Shown here: in pieces, positions 1 through 13,311 of the stretch
Layout: each line of letters starts with the position of its first letter
Position numbering within the stretch: the stretch's first letter is position 1
Origin: Thermoanaerobaculia bacterium
GTDB lineage: Bacteria; Acidobacteriota; Thermoanaerobaculia; UBA5066; Gp7-AA6
Length of the DNA stretch: 64,000 nucleotides
Direction of reading: 5' to 3'
NCBI GenBank assembly: GCA_035498835.1
Contig: DATJZU010000026.1
Coordinates: forward strand, 922 to 64,921
Program-made: the position numbers and the translations under genes
Notes under the pieces: generated by a model
Databases searched by the model: none
Seen by the model: the letters and a program-made list of their open reading frames with translations, nothing else
What the model was told of the DNA's origin: nothing

Positions 1-2
1 GG

Positions 3-464
3 CCCCTCGACAATCCCGGCCTCGAAGCGGAGCTGACGCGCCGGCGGACGCGCTTCGGCAACGGCGTGATCGCCAAGCGCGAGGCGCTGCGCGAGATGCT
101 CCGCGCCATGCGCGAGAACCGGACCGTGGCGATCCTGCTCGATCAGAACGTCATGCCCGACGAGGCGATCTTCGTGCCTTTCTTCGGGCGGCTCGCCGCG
201 ACGACGTCGTCCGTCGCGCTCCTGCAGCGAAAGACCGGCGCGGCGGTCGTGCCCGTCTTCACCTGGCCGGAAGCGGGGGGCGGCTGGCGGCTCGCGTTCG
301 AGACGCCGATCCTTGCGGAGGAGTTCTCGGCGGGCGATCCCGGACGCGCCGAGCACGTGCGGCGCGCGACCGCGCGCTACGCCGAGGTGACCGAGGCCGC
401 GATCCGGAAGGCGCCCGAGGCGTGGCTGTGGTTACACGACCGGTGGAAGACGAGACCGGAGTAG
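3..464 (+). CDS. lpxL: Lipid A biosynthesis acyltransferase (LpxL/HtrB family), 5'-truncated by window edge
   Basis: Frame is open from base 3 (PLDNPGLEAEL...). Contains LLDQ, FVPFFG and the C-terminal PEAWLWLHDRWK motif typical of the family; adjacent to LPS genes. Confidence 0.85.
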   Translation, partial: PLDNPGLEAELTRRRTRFGNGVIAKREALREMLRAMRENRTVAILLDQNVMPDEAIFVPFFGRLAATTSSVALLQRKTGAAVVPVFTWPEAGGGWRLAFETPILAEEFSAGDPGRAEHVRRATARYAEVTEAAIRKAPEAWLWLHDRWKTRPE

Positions 465-544
465 CTATCAGCTATCAGCTATCAGCTGTCAGCCAGAGCG
501 GAAGATGCCGTCTGGCTGAGAGCTGAAAGCTGGCGGCTGACAGC
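464..544. repeat. Heptamer-built palindromic intergenic element, copy 1
   Basis: (GCTATCA)x3 GCTGTCA GCCAGA-13 nt-TCTGGC TGAGAGC TGAAAGC TGGCGGC TGACAGC; fills the gap between convergent stops. Confidence 0.95.
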
Positions 545-547
545 CCG

Positions 548-1129
548 TCACTTGAGCTCCGAGTTCCAATAAGCCACATCCAGAAAGTTCCGCCACGCCG
601 GGTGGAACTTGTTCGCGCCGAAATGGCCGACCGGATGCCAGCGCGGCTTCTTCGGGTGCGCGATGAGCTTCATCGACGCCTCCTGCGGCGTGCGGTTGCC
701 CTTGCGCACGTTGCACGCGAGGCAGGCGCAGACGACGTTCTCCCAGGACGAGTTGCCGCCGCGCGAGAGCGGGATGACGTGATCGAGCGACAGCTCGGCC
801 GACGGGAACTTGTGCCCGCAGTACTGGCAACGGTTCCCGTCGCGCACGTAGATGTTGTGGCGCGAGAACTTCACTTCCTGCCGCGGGAGATGGTCGTAGT
901 CCTTGAGCGCCACGACCCGCGGAATGCGAATCGCCATCGAGGGCGTCAGAACGACTTCGTCCTGAGGCTGCGGCGGAATGTCGCACCAGTTCTCGAACTC
1001 GTAGGTCGAATAGTCCGGCAGCACCGCACGCACGTGGCCCTTGTAGAAGAGCGAGAACGCCTTGCGGACGGACGTGACCTGGACCGCCTGGAAGACGCGA
1101 TTGAGGACGAGGACGTTCGAGTCGAGCAT
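548..1129 (-). CDS. HNH endonuclease (McrA-like, Zn-binding)
   Basis: CQYCG...DHVIPLSRGG..WENVVCACLACNVRKG; N-terminal VLVLN segment typical of the widespread HNH family. Start placed at MLDSN (1129). Confidence 0.9.
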   Translation of the reverse strand: MLDSNVLVLNRVFQAVQVTSVRKAFSLFYKGHVRAVLPDYSTYEFENWCDIPPQPQDEVVLTPSMAIRIPRVVALKDYDHLPRQEVKFSRHNIYVRDGNRCQYCGHKFPSAELSLDHVIPLSRGGNSSWENVVCACLACNVRKGNRTPQEASMKLIAHPKKPRWHPVGHFGANKFHPAWRNFLDVAYWNSELK

Positions 1130-1166
1130 TGGCGTTGCCGTTTGCCGGTCTTGCCGGAGGCCGATC

Positions 1167-1174
1167 ATTATAAT
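1167..1174. promoter_or_regulatory. Overlapping divergent -10 boxes (ATTATAAT)
   Basis: TATAAT on + (1169-1174) and on - (1167-1172), in the 56-bp gap between the HNH and heptose-kinase starts. Confidence 0.55.
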
Positions 1175-1185
1175 CCGCTCATTCC

Positions 1186-2208
1186 ATGGCTTTTGACGTC
1201 CCGCGCGACCGGCTCCTCGGGCTCGTGGCCTCGTTCTCCGGGCGGCGCCTCGCGGTCGCGGGCGATTTCGTCCTCGACCGCTTCGTCTACGGCCATCCCC
1301 GCCGCATCAGCCGCGAGGCCCCGGTCCTCATCCTCCGCTTCGCGCGCGAGGAGAGTCTCCCGGGCGGCGCCGGCAATACTGCCGCCAACGTGCGCTCTCT
1401 CGGCGGCGCGCCGATTCCGGTCGGGGCGATCGGCGCGGACGAAGAGGGCCGGGCGCTCCGGCGGGGCTTCGAGGAACGCGGCATCGCGACCGGCGGCCTC
1501 CTCGAGGTTCCGGGCTACGCGACGCCGTCGAAGACGCGAATCCTCGGCGGCGCGCCGCACGCGATCAAACAGCAGATCGTGCGGTACGACCGCGGCGAGC
1601 CGCTGCCCGCGGATCCCCGGATCGCGGCTGCGCTCGCCCGCAGTCTCGCCGACGCGGCGCGTGGCGCGGCGGGAGCGATCGTGTCCGACTATGCCTACGG
1701 CGCAGTGTCGCCGGCGTCGGTGACGGCGCTGCGCGCGGCGCTGCCCGCCGCCGCGCCGATCCTCGTCGATTCGCGGCATGCCCTCCTCTCCTACCGCGGC
1801 GTGGACGCGGCGACGCCCAACGAGGAAGAGCTCGAAGAGAGTGCCGGCGCCGTGTTCGGGGATTCGGAGGAGGCGCTTTCGCGGGCCGCGGCCGACATGG
1901 CGAAGAAGATCGGATGTCGCACCCTCCTCGTCACCCTCGGCTCCCGCGGGATGGCGCTCTTCAACGGGCCCGGGCCGCCCCGCCGCATCCCGGTGCACGG
2001 GACGGATCAGGTGGCCGACGTCACGGGCGCGGGAGACACCGTGCTGGCGACCTTCTCGCTCGCGCTCGCGTCCGGGGGCACGGCCCTCGAAGCCGCGCTG
2101 CTCGCCAACTTCGCCGGCGGCGTCGTCGTGATGAAGATGGGAACGGCGGTGGTCACGGGGGACGAGCTTCGAGAGGCGATTGCGGCGGACCGGACGATTT
2201 TGGCGTGA
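1186..2208 (+). CDS. hldA: D-glycero-beta-D-manno-heptose-7-phosphate kinase (HldA/RfaE domain I, PfkB family)
   Basis: AGDFVLDRFVYG..RISREAPV, PGGAGNTA, TPNEEE and DVTGAGDTV motifs; no fused nucleotidyltransferase domain. Confidence 0.85.
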   Translation: MAFDVPRDRLLGLVASFSGRRLAVAGDFVLDRFVYGHPRRISREAPVLILRFAREESLPGGAGNTAANVRSLGGAPIPVGAIGADEEGRALRRGFEERGIATGGLLEVPGYATPSKTRILGGAPHAIKQQIVRYDRGEPLPADPRIAAALARSLADAARGAAGAIVSDYAYGAVSPASVTALRAALPAAAPILVDSRHALLSYRGVDAATPNEEELEESAGAVFGDSEEALSRAAADMAKKIGCRTLLVTLGSRGMALFNGPGPPRRIPVHGTDQVADVTGAGDTVLATFSLALASGGTALEAALLANFAGGVVVMKMGTAVVTGDELREAIAADRTILA

Positions 2209-2216
2209 AGAAAAAA

Positions 2217-2299
2217 GCTATCAGCTCTCAGCTATCAGCTGTCAGCCAGACACGACCTTTCGCCTTCTGGCTGAAAGCTGAGAGCTGAAAGCCGACAGC
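2217..2299. repeat. Heptamer-built palindromic element, copy 2
   Basis: GCTATCA GCTCTCA GCTATCA GCTGTCA GCCAGA-15 nt-TCTGGC TGAAAGC TGAGAGC TGAAAGC CGACAGC; abuts the TTG start at 2300. Confidence 0.95.
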
Positions 2300-3265
2300 T
2301 TGAAACTCCTCATCGTCCGCCTCTCCGCCTTCGGCGACATCGTCCACGCGCTCCCGCTCGCCGCGAACGCGCAGCGCGCGGGCGCGACGGTCGGATGGCT
2401 CTGCGAGGCGCGCTACCGGGAGCTGCTCGAAGGGAACCCGAACGTCGATCGCCTCTTCCTCGCCGACACGCGCGGCTGGCGCCGCAAACCGGCGGAGGGC
2501 GGCACGCGCTCCGCGTTCGCGCAGATGCGCCGCGACCTCGCCGCCTTCGGCGCCGACTTCACGATCGACGTGCAGGGACTCTGGAAGTCCGCGATCCTCG
2601 CCCGCGCGGCGCGCGCCCCGGTCGTGGGCTTCGACTCCTCGGAGCGCCGCGAGGGGCTCTCGTCGCTCCTCGCGTCGCGAAAGGTGCGGCCGCCGGATTC
2701 GTCGCGTCACATCGTGGACCGCAACCTCGCGCTCCTCTCGGCGATCGGCATCCCCGTCGTCGAGCCCGCTCCCGACGCGCGCTATCTCCTCGCGGCGCCG
2801 AGCGCCGAGGCCGCCGAGTTCCTTCCGTCGGTCCGGCGCCCCTACGTCCTCTACCATCCGGGCGCGGGCTGGCCCGAGAAGCGGTGGGACCCCGAGAAGC
2901 TCGCTGCCGTCGCGCGCACCCTCGAAGCGCGATGGGGCCTCTCTCCCGTCATTTCCTGGGGACCGGGCGACGAGGCGGTCGTTGCGATCTTCGAAGCCGC
3001 GCTGCCCGGCGCCCGGCGGATCCCGCGGCTCTCGCCTCGCGCCCTCGCGCACGTCGCCGCGGGCGCGGCGCTTTTCGTGGGAAACGACACCGGACCGCTC
3101 CATCTGGCCGACGCCCTCGGCACGCCCACGCTCGCGCTCTTCGGCCCGACCGATCCCGCCCGCAACGGACCCTATCGGGGAGCGTCGTTCAAGTTCGATG
3201 CGTCCACCACGACCGCCGAGGTCGCCCGGAAAGCGGCTGAAATCGTCGCGGTCGACGCGCCCTGA
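2300..3265 (+). CDS. waaC: LPS heptosyltransferase I-like (GT9)
   Basis: LIVRLSAFGDIVHALP, DVQGLWKSA, HPGAGWPEKRW, VGNDTGPLHLA motifs. Confidence 0.85.
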   Translation: MKLLIVRLSAFGDIVHALPLAANAQRAGATVGWLCEARYRELLEGNPNVDRLFLADTRGWRRKPAEGGTRSAFAQMRRDLAAFGADFTIDVQGLWKSAILARAARAPVVGFDSSERREGLSSLLASRKVRPPDSSRHIVDRNLALLSAIGIPVVEPAPDARYLLAAPSAEAAEFLPSVRRPYVLYHPGAGWPEKRWDPEKLAAVARTLEARWGLSPVISWGPGDEAVVAIFEAALPGARRIPRLSPRALAHVAAGAALFVGNDTGPLHLADALGTPTLALFGPTDPARNGPYRGASFKFDASTTTAEVARKAAEIVAVDAP

Positions 3266-3277
3266 TGCGTCCCGCTG

Positions 3278-3306
3278 TTGACTGACGGCGGTCGACGCCT
3301 TACCAT
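3278..3306 (+). promoter_or_regulatory. sigma70-type promoter of pilB
   Basis: TTGACT-N17-TACCAT ending 12 nt before the pilB ATG. Confidence 0.65.
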
Positions 3307-3318
3307 CGTCCAAATCCC

Positions 3319-5151
<1,833 letters not shown>

Positions 5152-5284
5152 GACAGGGATTCCCTCCGTTTGCGGCGAATCGCGCGGCGGAAAGCTGCTT
5201 CGTTTCTGAACAATTCGCCTTCCTTTTTCTCTGCCGTGGGCCTAAACTAGCGGGACACAAATTGTCATAGAGCCTGGGGGACCG

Positions 5285-6445
5285 ATGGCCAGCGATACCA
5301 CGCTCCATCAACTATTGAAACAGATGGTCGAAATGGGGGCGTCCGACCTCCATTTGACGACGCAATCGCCACCCATGGTTCGGCTCGACGGCCGCCTGAT
5401 CCCGCTGCCGTATCCCCCGCTCACGGTCGCCGAGACCAAGCAGCTCGCTTACTCGGTTCTGACCGACACGCAGAAGCATCGCTTCGAGGAAAATCTCGAG
5501 CTCGACCTCTCCTTCGGCGTCAAGGGACTCGCGCGCTTCCGCGGCAACAACTTCCTGCAGCGCGGCGCCGTCGGCGGCGTCTACCGGCAGATCCCGTACG
5601 AGATCCTCGGGTTCCGCGAGCTGGGGCTCCCCCCGGTCGTCGAGAGCCTCTGCGAGAAGCCGCGCGGCCTGATCCTCGTGACCGGGCCGACGGGCTCCGG
5701 CAAGACCACGACGCTCGCGTCGATGATGGACAAGATCAATCGCGAGAAGCAGCTCCACATCATCACGATCGAAGACCCGATCGAGTTCCTCCACACGCAC
5801 AAGAAGTGCCTCGTCAACCAGCGCGAGCTGCACGCCGACACGCATTCGTTCCCCAACGCGCTCAAGTCGGTCCTCCGCGAGGACCCGGACGTCGTGCTCG
5901 TCGGCGAGATGCGCGACCTCGAGACGATCGAGTCGGCCCTGCGCATCGCGGAGACCGGCCACCTCACGCTCGCGACCCTGCACACGAACTCGGCCGTCTC
6001 CTCGATCAACCGCATCATCGACGTCTTCCCGGCGCACCAGCAGACGCAGATTCGCACGCAGCTCTCCTTCGTGCTCGAGGGAATCATGTGTCAGTCGCTG
6101 ATCGAGCGCTCGAGCGGGAAGGGGCGTGCGATGGCGATGGAGATCATGGTGCCCAACGCTGCCATCCGGAACCTCATCCGCGAGGACAAGGTCCACCAGA
6201 TCTACTCCATGATGCAGACCGGCCAGGCCAAGTACGGGATGCAGACCTTCAACCAGTCGCTCGCGACGCTGTACCACAAGAAACAGATCACGCTCGAAAA
6301 CGCGCTTTCGCGCTCGTCCAACGCGGACGAGCTGCAGGACATCATCAACCGGGGCGCCGGAATCAACGCTCCCACGGGACCGTTGACTCCCGCCGCCGCC
6401 GCCGCCGCCGCCCGGAAGGCCGGGGCCGGATCGGCCGGTTCGTAA
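5285..6445 (+). CDS. pilT: Type IV pilus retraction ATPase PilT
   Basis: GPTGSGKTTT, LREDPDVVLVGEMRD, GHLTLATLHTNS and the PilT-specific AIRNLIRE motif. Confidence 0.95.
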   Translation: MASDTTLHQLLKQMVEMGASDLHLTTQSPPMVRLDGRLIPLPYPPLTVAETKQLAYSVLTDTQKHRFEENLELDLSFGVKGLARFRGNNFLQRGAVGGVYRQIPYEILGFRELGLPPVVESLCEKPRGLILVTGPTGSGKTTTLASMMDKINREKQLHIITIEDPIEFLHTHKKCLVNQRELHADTHSFPNALKSVLREDPDVVLVGEMRDLETIESALRIAETGHLTLATLHTNSAVSSINRIIDVFPAHQQTQIRTQLSFVLEGIMCQSLIERSSGKGRAMAMEIMVPNAAIRNLIREDKVHQIYSMMQTGQAKYGMQTFNQSLATLYHKKQITLENALSRSSNADELQDIINRGAGINAPTGPLTPAAAAAAARKAGAGSAGS

Positions 6446-6460
6446 CGGGGGACACGCGCC

Positions 6461-7663
6461 ATGCCCAACTACGCCTGGAAGGGGCGCAACCGCGCCGGGA
6501 TGGTCCAGGAGGGCGTCCTCGCCGCCGACACGAAGGACGTCGCGCTCGCGACGCTGCGGCGCCAGAACATCGTCGTCACCGGCATCCGCGAGCGCGGCAA
6601 GGAGATCTCGCTCAGCAAGATGGGCCGCAGGGTCCCGCCGAAGGTGCTCGCGGTCTTCACGCGGCAGTTCTCCGTCATGATCGACGCCGGTCTCCCCCTC
6701 GTGCAGTGCCTCGAGATTCTTGCGAATCAGCAGGAGCACAAGAACTTCCAGAAGATCCTCCTGCAGGTGCGCCAGGACGTCGAGGCCGGCTCGACGCTCG
6801 CCGACGCGATGCGCCGTCATCCCAAGGCGTTCGACAACCTCTACGTGAACATGATCGCCGCCGGCGAGGCGGGCGGTATTCTCGACGTCATCCTGCAGCG
6901 CCTCTCGACCTACATCGAGAAGGCGGTCAAGCTGCGCAACCAGGTCCGCGCGGCGCTGATCTATCCCGTCGCCGTCATCGTGATCGCCGCGATCGTCGTC
7001 GCGGTCATCCTGCTGAAGGTCATCCCGACTTTCGCCGCCCTCTTCACGAGCCTCGGGGCGGAGCTGCCGCTGCCGACCCGCGTCGTCATCTTCTGTTCCA
7101 ACTTCCTCGCCCGCTACTGGTGGGCGTTCGTGGCGCTGATCGCCGCGGCCGTTTTCGCGTTCCGGCGCTACTACGCGACCTACAAGGGCCGCCGCGTCGT
7201 GGACGGGGCAATGCTCAAGGCGCCGATCATCGGCATGATCCTGCGAAAGATCGCCGTCGCCCGGTTCTGCCGAACGCTCGCGACACTGACCTCGTCGGGC
7301 GTCCCGATCCTCGAGGCCCTCGACATCACGGCGCGCACGTCGGGCAACGCGATCGTCGAGGATGCGATCATCGGCGTCCGGAAGAGCGTCGAGGGCGGCA
7401 AGACGATCGTCGAGCCCCTCCGGGAATCGGGCGTCTTCCCGAACATGGTCGTGCAGATGATCGGCGTCGGCGAACAGACCGGCGCGCTCGATGCAATGCT
7501 CAACAAGATCGCCGAGTTCTACGAGGACGAGGTGGACGTGGCGGTCGCCGGCCTCGTGAAGCTGCTCGAGCCGCTCATGATCTTCATCCTCGGCGTCGTC
7601 ATCGGTGGCATCGTCATCGCCATGTACCTGCCGATGTTCACGCTGATCAACAAGATCGGATAA
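6461..7663 (+). CDS. pilC: Type IV pilus platform protein PilC (T2SS F family)
   Basis: FTRQFSVMIDAGLPL, AGEAGGILD, GEQTGALD, LLEPLM..., MYLPMF. Confidence 0.95.
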   Translation: MPNYAWKGRNRAGMVQEGVLAADTKDVALATLRRQNIVVTGIRERGKEISLSKMGRRVPPKVLAVFTRQFSVMIDAGLPLVQCLEILANQQEHKNFQKILLQVRQDVEAGSTLADAMRRHPKAFDNLYVNMIAAGEAGGILDVILQRLSTYIEKAVKLRNQVRAALIYPVAVIVIAAIVVAVILLKVIPTFAALFTSLGAELPLPTRVVIFCSNFLARYWWAFVALIAAAVFAFRRYYATYKGRRVVDGAMLKAPIIGMILRKIAVARFCRTLATLTSSGVPILEALDITARTSGNAIVEDAIIGVRKSVEGGKTIVEPLRESGVFPNMVVQMIGVGEQTGALDAMLNKIAEFYEDEVDVAVAGLVKLLEPLMIFILGVVIGGIVIAMYLPMFTLINKIG

Positions 7664-7670
7664 GGGTAGA

Positions 7671-7736
7671 GTTATCAGTCTTCAGTTGTCAGTTATCAGT
7701 TCCGGAACTGATAACTGATGACTGATCACTGACGAC
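7671..7736. repeat. Heptamer-built palindromic element, variant copy 3 (GTTATCA units)
   Basis: GTTATCA GTCTTCA GTTGTCA GTTATCA GTTCCGGAAC TGATAAC TGATGAC TGATCAC TGACGAC. Confidence 0.9.
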
Positions 7737-7751
7737 TTCAAGGCGTCCGGT

Positions 7752-9454
7752 ATGGACAACTCCCTCAAACGATCCGTCGGGTGGCTGACGGCGGCGCGCA
7801 TCGTCGTTCTGCTGCTGATCCTTCTGTCCGCGATCCTCGTCCAGGCGACTCCCGGAGTGCAGTTCGACCGGCAGGCTTTGCGGGACCATGGGCCGGCGCG
7901 GGACGAGCTCTCGTTCCTCTACCTGCTCAACGGCGCGGCGGTCCTCCTCGCTCTTTTCCACTGGACGCTCGGCCGGCACCTGCCGGCGCGGCTCGAGGCG
8001 GGGATCCAGCTGCTGGGCGACCTCGCGATCGTCACGACGCTCGTTTACGCTTCGGGAGGCCCGGACTCCGTCTTCAACTTCCTCTACCTCGTCGTCATCG
8101 GCGTTTCGGCGTTCCTGCTCTACCGCACGGGCGCCGTCTTCATCGCGTCGGTGGCCGCGGTGCTCTACGGATCGGTCGTGCAGCTGCTCGCCTACGGCAT
8201 CCTGCCGCCGCCGCCGCTCGCGCCGGTGTCCGACTGGGGCGGCACGCGCATCCGCTACAACCTGGCGATCACGGTCGCCGGCTTCTACGGGATCGCGTTC
8301 ATGGTCTCGTACCTCTCGGAGAAGCTGCGCGCGGCGCGCGACGAGCTCGACCTCCGGCAGAAGGCCCTCCAGCGTCTCCAGCATCTCCACGGCAACGTCA
8401 TCGCGACGATGTCGTCCGGCCTCATGACGGCCGACGCGCAGCAGCGCGTGACGTTCCTCAACCGCGCCGGCGGGGAGCTGCTCGGCGTCGATCCGGGGCG
8501 CGCGCCGGGACACCTCCTCGCCGACGTCGGATTCCGTTTTGGCGAGGACTGGGACCGCATCCGGGAGCGCGCGCGCGGACCGGAGACCTACCGCGACGAG
8601 ATCGAGATCGCCCGCGGCAACGAGCGGCGGATGCTCGGCTACTCGTTCCGCCTGCTCAAGGACACGGAAGGCGAGGAAGGCGCGCTGCTCCTCTTCCAGG
8701 ACCTCACGGACCTGAAGAAGCTCGAGCGCCAGGCCCGGTTCCACGCGCAGCTCGCGGCGGTCGGCGAGCTCGCGGCGGGCATCGCCCACGAGATCCGGAA
8801 CCCGCTCGCCTCGATCTCGGGATCCGTGCAGGTCCTCTCGAAGGAGATCCCTGCCGGCTCCGCGGAGCGGCGGCTCATGGAGATCATCGTCTCGGAATCG
8901 AACCGCCTGTCGAAGATCCTCGAGGAGTTCCTCCGCTTCGTGCGGCCGCAGGAGCGCCGGGTCGCGGAGTTCGACGTGGCGCGCACGATCATCGAGGTGA
9001 TGGACCTCTTCCGCCTCTCCGACGAAGTGTCCGACGCGCACCGCATCGAGGCGGACGTCGTGCCGGAGCACTCGATGATCGAGGGAGACCGCGATCAGTT
9101 GCGCCAGATTCTCTACAACATTGCCAAGAATGCCGTCCACGCGATGTCCGCGGGCGGAACGCTCCGGGTCGTCGGCCGCGAGGAGGATGCCTGGTATCGC
9201 ATCCGATTTGCCGACACCGGGCGCGGGATGAGCGAAGAGGAGCTGTCGCGCCTCTTCACGCCTTTCTCGACGGCATTCGACGGAGGAACGGGGCTCGGCA
9301 TGGCCATTGTCCGGAAGATCGTGGAAGACCATGGAGGCGCGATCGACGCGGAGTCGCGACCGGGCGAGGGGACGGCGGTCACCGTCCTCCTCCCCCGCTC
9401 CGCCCGTCGCCGGTCCGACGGCGCGCGGCGCGAGCACGTCGCGGCGGGGGTGGC

Positions 9455-9458
<4 letters not shown>
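7752..9458 (+). CDS. pilS: PilS-like membrane sensor histidine kinase with PAS-like domain
   Basis: Multiple N-terminal TM helices, AHEIRNPL H-box, N-box NIAKNA, DTGRG, GTGLG; follows pilC. Confidence 0.85.
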
Positions 9459-10887
<1,429 letters not shown>

Positions 10888-10891
<4 letters not shown>

Positions 10892-11370
10892 GGTCCGGCT
10901 CGGGCCTCCTGGCAGCCGGTCTCGTCTTTCTCGCGGCCTGCGGCGCCGCGCCGAGCGCCTCGCCGACGCCGGCGGCGGCTCCGACTCCCGCCGCGGGCCC
11001 GCGCGTCATCATGCCGTCCGGCGCCGTCTACACGGTCGAGGTCGCGCGCACGCCGGAGGACCAGGCTCAAGGGCTCATGTATCGCGAGAGCCTGCCGCCG
11101 CGCGCCGGGATGATCTTCCTCTTCACCGACGGCGGCGCGCACAACTTCTGGATGAAGAACACGATGATCCCGCTCGACATCATCTGGATCGACGCCGGCG
11201 GCAAAGTCGTCTTCGTCTCGGCCGACACGCCGCCCTGCAAGTCCGACCCGTGCCCGAACTACGGTCCAAAGACTCCGGCACCGACCGTCCTCGAGATCGC
11301 GGGCGGGATGGCCGCGAAGGAAGGGATCGTCGCCGGCGCGACGATCCAGGTCGCCGACGTCGGCCGCTGA
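10888..11370 (+). CDS. DUF192-family protein, probable lipoprotein
   Basis: Lipobox-like FLAAC; GLMYRESL...GMIF...FWMKNTMIPLDIIWID...VLEI signature. Confidence 0.8.
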
Positions 11371-11373
11371 CGA

Positions 11374-11449
11374 GCTATCAGCTATCAGCTATCAGCCGGA
11401 TGGCTCGAGTCGGACTCTGGCTGACAGCTGACAGCTGACAGCTGACAGC
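11374..11449. repeat. Heptamer-built palindromic element, copy 4
   Basis: (GCTATCA)x3 GCCGGA-15 nt-TCTGGC (TGACAGC)x4, between convergent genes. Confidence 0.95.
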
Positions 11450-11456
11450 TAATTCC

Positions 11457-13244
11457 TCACGGCTCGAAGAGGTAGAGCCCGTCGCCCGCCGTCCCGATGT
11501 AGACCCGTCCGCCCGCGGCCGACGCGGCGGTCGCGAGAGCCAGACCCGCGCGCGGGCTCGTCAGCGCAAGACGGCGGTTGCCCTCCTCCCACACGAGCTG
11601 CCCGTCCACGTCCTCGAGGCGGCTCCAGGCGCCGGCGGACGAGGCCGCGTTAGCTTCCGCGGCGAAGAGGCCGCCCGAGAGGACCGCGCGCTTGCGCTGC
11701 GTCCACCAGCGGCCGTCCCATCGGTAGTCCGTGTCGGACGTCTTGACCTCGAGCACCGGCGCGCGAGCGGCGCCCGCGACGAGCTCCGCCGCAATCGCGC
11801 CCGTCGGCGACCCGCGGATGGCCTCGAACGTCGCGCCGCCGTCGGCGGTACGGAAGACGCCTTCGGACGTCACAAGCACCGGCTGGCGATAGGGCGGACC
11901 GAAGACCGCGACCGGCGATCCCGCCGGCGCCGCGGCCGCGGCCGTCCAGCGCGCGCCGCCGTCGCGCGAGAGCTTCAGTCCCGCCGACGACGCGAGGAGG
12001 AGCACCGTCTTTCCCGCCGGATCGCGGAACGCCGTGAGCGAACCCGCCGGCGGCAGCGGGTCGACCGAGACCCGGCGCACCGACGTGCCCTCGGCCGCCC
12101 AGACGCCGCTTTCCTCGCCGCCGTACGCTCGGAAGAAGTAGACGCGCGACGGATCGTTCGGATCGGCCACGAGATCGGCCACGCGCCCCTCGGCCAGGCC
12201 GCTCGAGGCGGCGGCGAGCGTCGTCCCGGCATCGTCCGACGTGAAGACGCCCTCGCCCTCCGTGCCGACGAAGAGGCGGCCGCTGCGGGGATCCACGGCG
12301 AGCGCCGTCACGACGAGCGATTCGCGCGAGATGCGCTGCCAGGATTTCCCGCCGTCGATCGAGCGATGGAGGCCGCCGACCGTCGCCGCGTAGATCGTTC
12401 CGGGCCGCGTCGGGTCGCGCCGCACCGCTTGCGAGCGCCGGTTGGTGAAGCCCTGCGTGAAGCGCGTCCAGCGGTCGCCGCCGTCGTCGGAGTGATAGAC
12501 CCAGCCGCAGGTCGACACCCAGACGTCCCGGGGATCGTTCGCCGCGAAGTCCCAGGAGTACACCGTCGCGTCGAGCACCATGCCGTCGGCGATGCGCACC
12601 CACGTCGCGCCGCCGTCCTTCGTGCGGAAGGCCTGGCGCCACGTGCCGGCGTAGAGCGTCTGCGGATCCTTCGGGTCGAAGGCGAGCGACTCGACCTGCC
12701 GCAGTCCGTCGGTGTCGCCGCCGGTCGGCGTCCAGGTCCGGCCGCCGTCGCGGGAGAGCCGCACGCCGTCGTCGCCGCCGATCGCGAGCACCGGCCGAGG
12801 ACCGGGCGAGAGCGCGAGCGCCCGCGTCGCGACGGAGTGCTGCCACCGCGCGAGCGTCGTCCAGGTCGCGCCGTGGTCCGAGCTGACCGCGACGAGGCCG
12901 CCCTCGTACGGTCCCGCCAGCGCGGCCCAGAGCCGGCCGGGAGCCGACGGATCGGCCACGAGCCCCGTCGCGACGAAGCCGAGGAAAGCCGGGCCCGGCG
13001 CGAGCGGCTTCCAGGTCGCGCCGCCGTCCGTCGAGCCGTAGAGGTTGCCGCGGGACGTGCCGAGATAGACGCGCCCGGCGTCGAACGGGTCCACGGCGAA
13101 GGCGCGCACCTCCGCGCCCCAGAGCGGCAGGCGGAGCCAGCGCGCCGCGGAGGCGATGCCGGGAAGGCACGTCGCGAGCGCGGCAGCGCACAAGAGGGCG
13201 CGCCGGCGCGGAGACCGCGGCCGTTTCGTTCCGCCGTTGGACAT
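11457..13244 (-). CDS. Exported BNR/Asp-box repeat beta-propeller protein
   Basis: Signal peptide followed by about nine S/T-x-D-x-G-x-T/S-W Asp-boxes (STDGGATW, SSDHGATW, SRDGGRTW, TKDGGATW, SIDGGKSW...). Start at 13244 chosen from an upstream TACAAT box. Confidence 0.75.
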   Translation of the reverse strand: MSNGGTKRPRSPRRRALLCAAALATCLPGIASAARWLRLPLWGAEVRAFAVDPFDAGRVYLGTSRGNLYGSTDGGATWKPLAPGPAFLGFVATGLVADPSAPGRLWAALAGPYEGGLVAVSSDHGATWTTLARWQHSVATRALALSPGPRPVLAIGGDDGVRLSRDGGRTWTPTGGDTDGLRQVESLAFDPKDPQTLYAGTWRQAFRTKDGGATWVRIADGMVLDATVYSWDFAANDPRDVWVSTCGWVYHSDDGGDRWTRFTQGFTNRRSQAVRRDPTRPGTIYAATVGGLHRSIDGGKSWQRISRESLVVTALAVDPRSGRLFVGTEGEGVFTSDDAGTTLAAASSGLAEGRVADLVADPNDPSRVYFFRAYGGEESGVWAAEGTSVRRVSVDPLPPAGSLTAFRDPAGKTVLLLASSAGLKLSRDGGARWTAAAAAPAGSPVAVFGPPYRQPVLVTSEGVFRTADGGATFEAIRGSPTGAIAAELVAGAARAPVLEVKTSDTDYRWDGRWWTQRKRAVLSGGLFAAEANAASSAGAWSRLEDVDGQLVWEEGNRRLALTSPRAGLALATAASAAGGRVYIGTAGDGLYLFEP

Positions 13245-13311
13245 GGACGGCACCATTGTAGCGTCCGGCCGGGTCGAACGGTGCCGTCGGGCCTTCGGCT
13301 ACTATCTGGCG

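Noticed and set aside
548-1129. HNH gene as a homing endonuclease or restriction/defence system
   Set aside because: No intron/intein, methyltransferase or defence partner nearby; it resembles the widespread stand-alone HNH family.
5240-5275. sigma54 promoter upstream of pilT (GGGACACAAATTGTC)
   Set aside because: Does not satisfy GG-N10-GC spacing.
6392-6412. (GCC)7 tract at the end of pilT as a phase-variation switch
   Set aside because: Triplet repeat encoding poly-Ala in a C-terminal tail; slippage would not shift the frame.
7781-9454. 1036-aa ORF 7781-10891 as one protein
   Set aside because: Only the part from ATG 9455 is PilR; the upstream part is an off-frame shadow of pilS.
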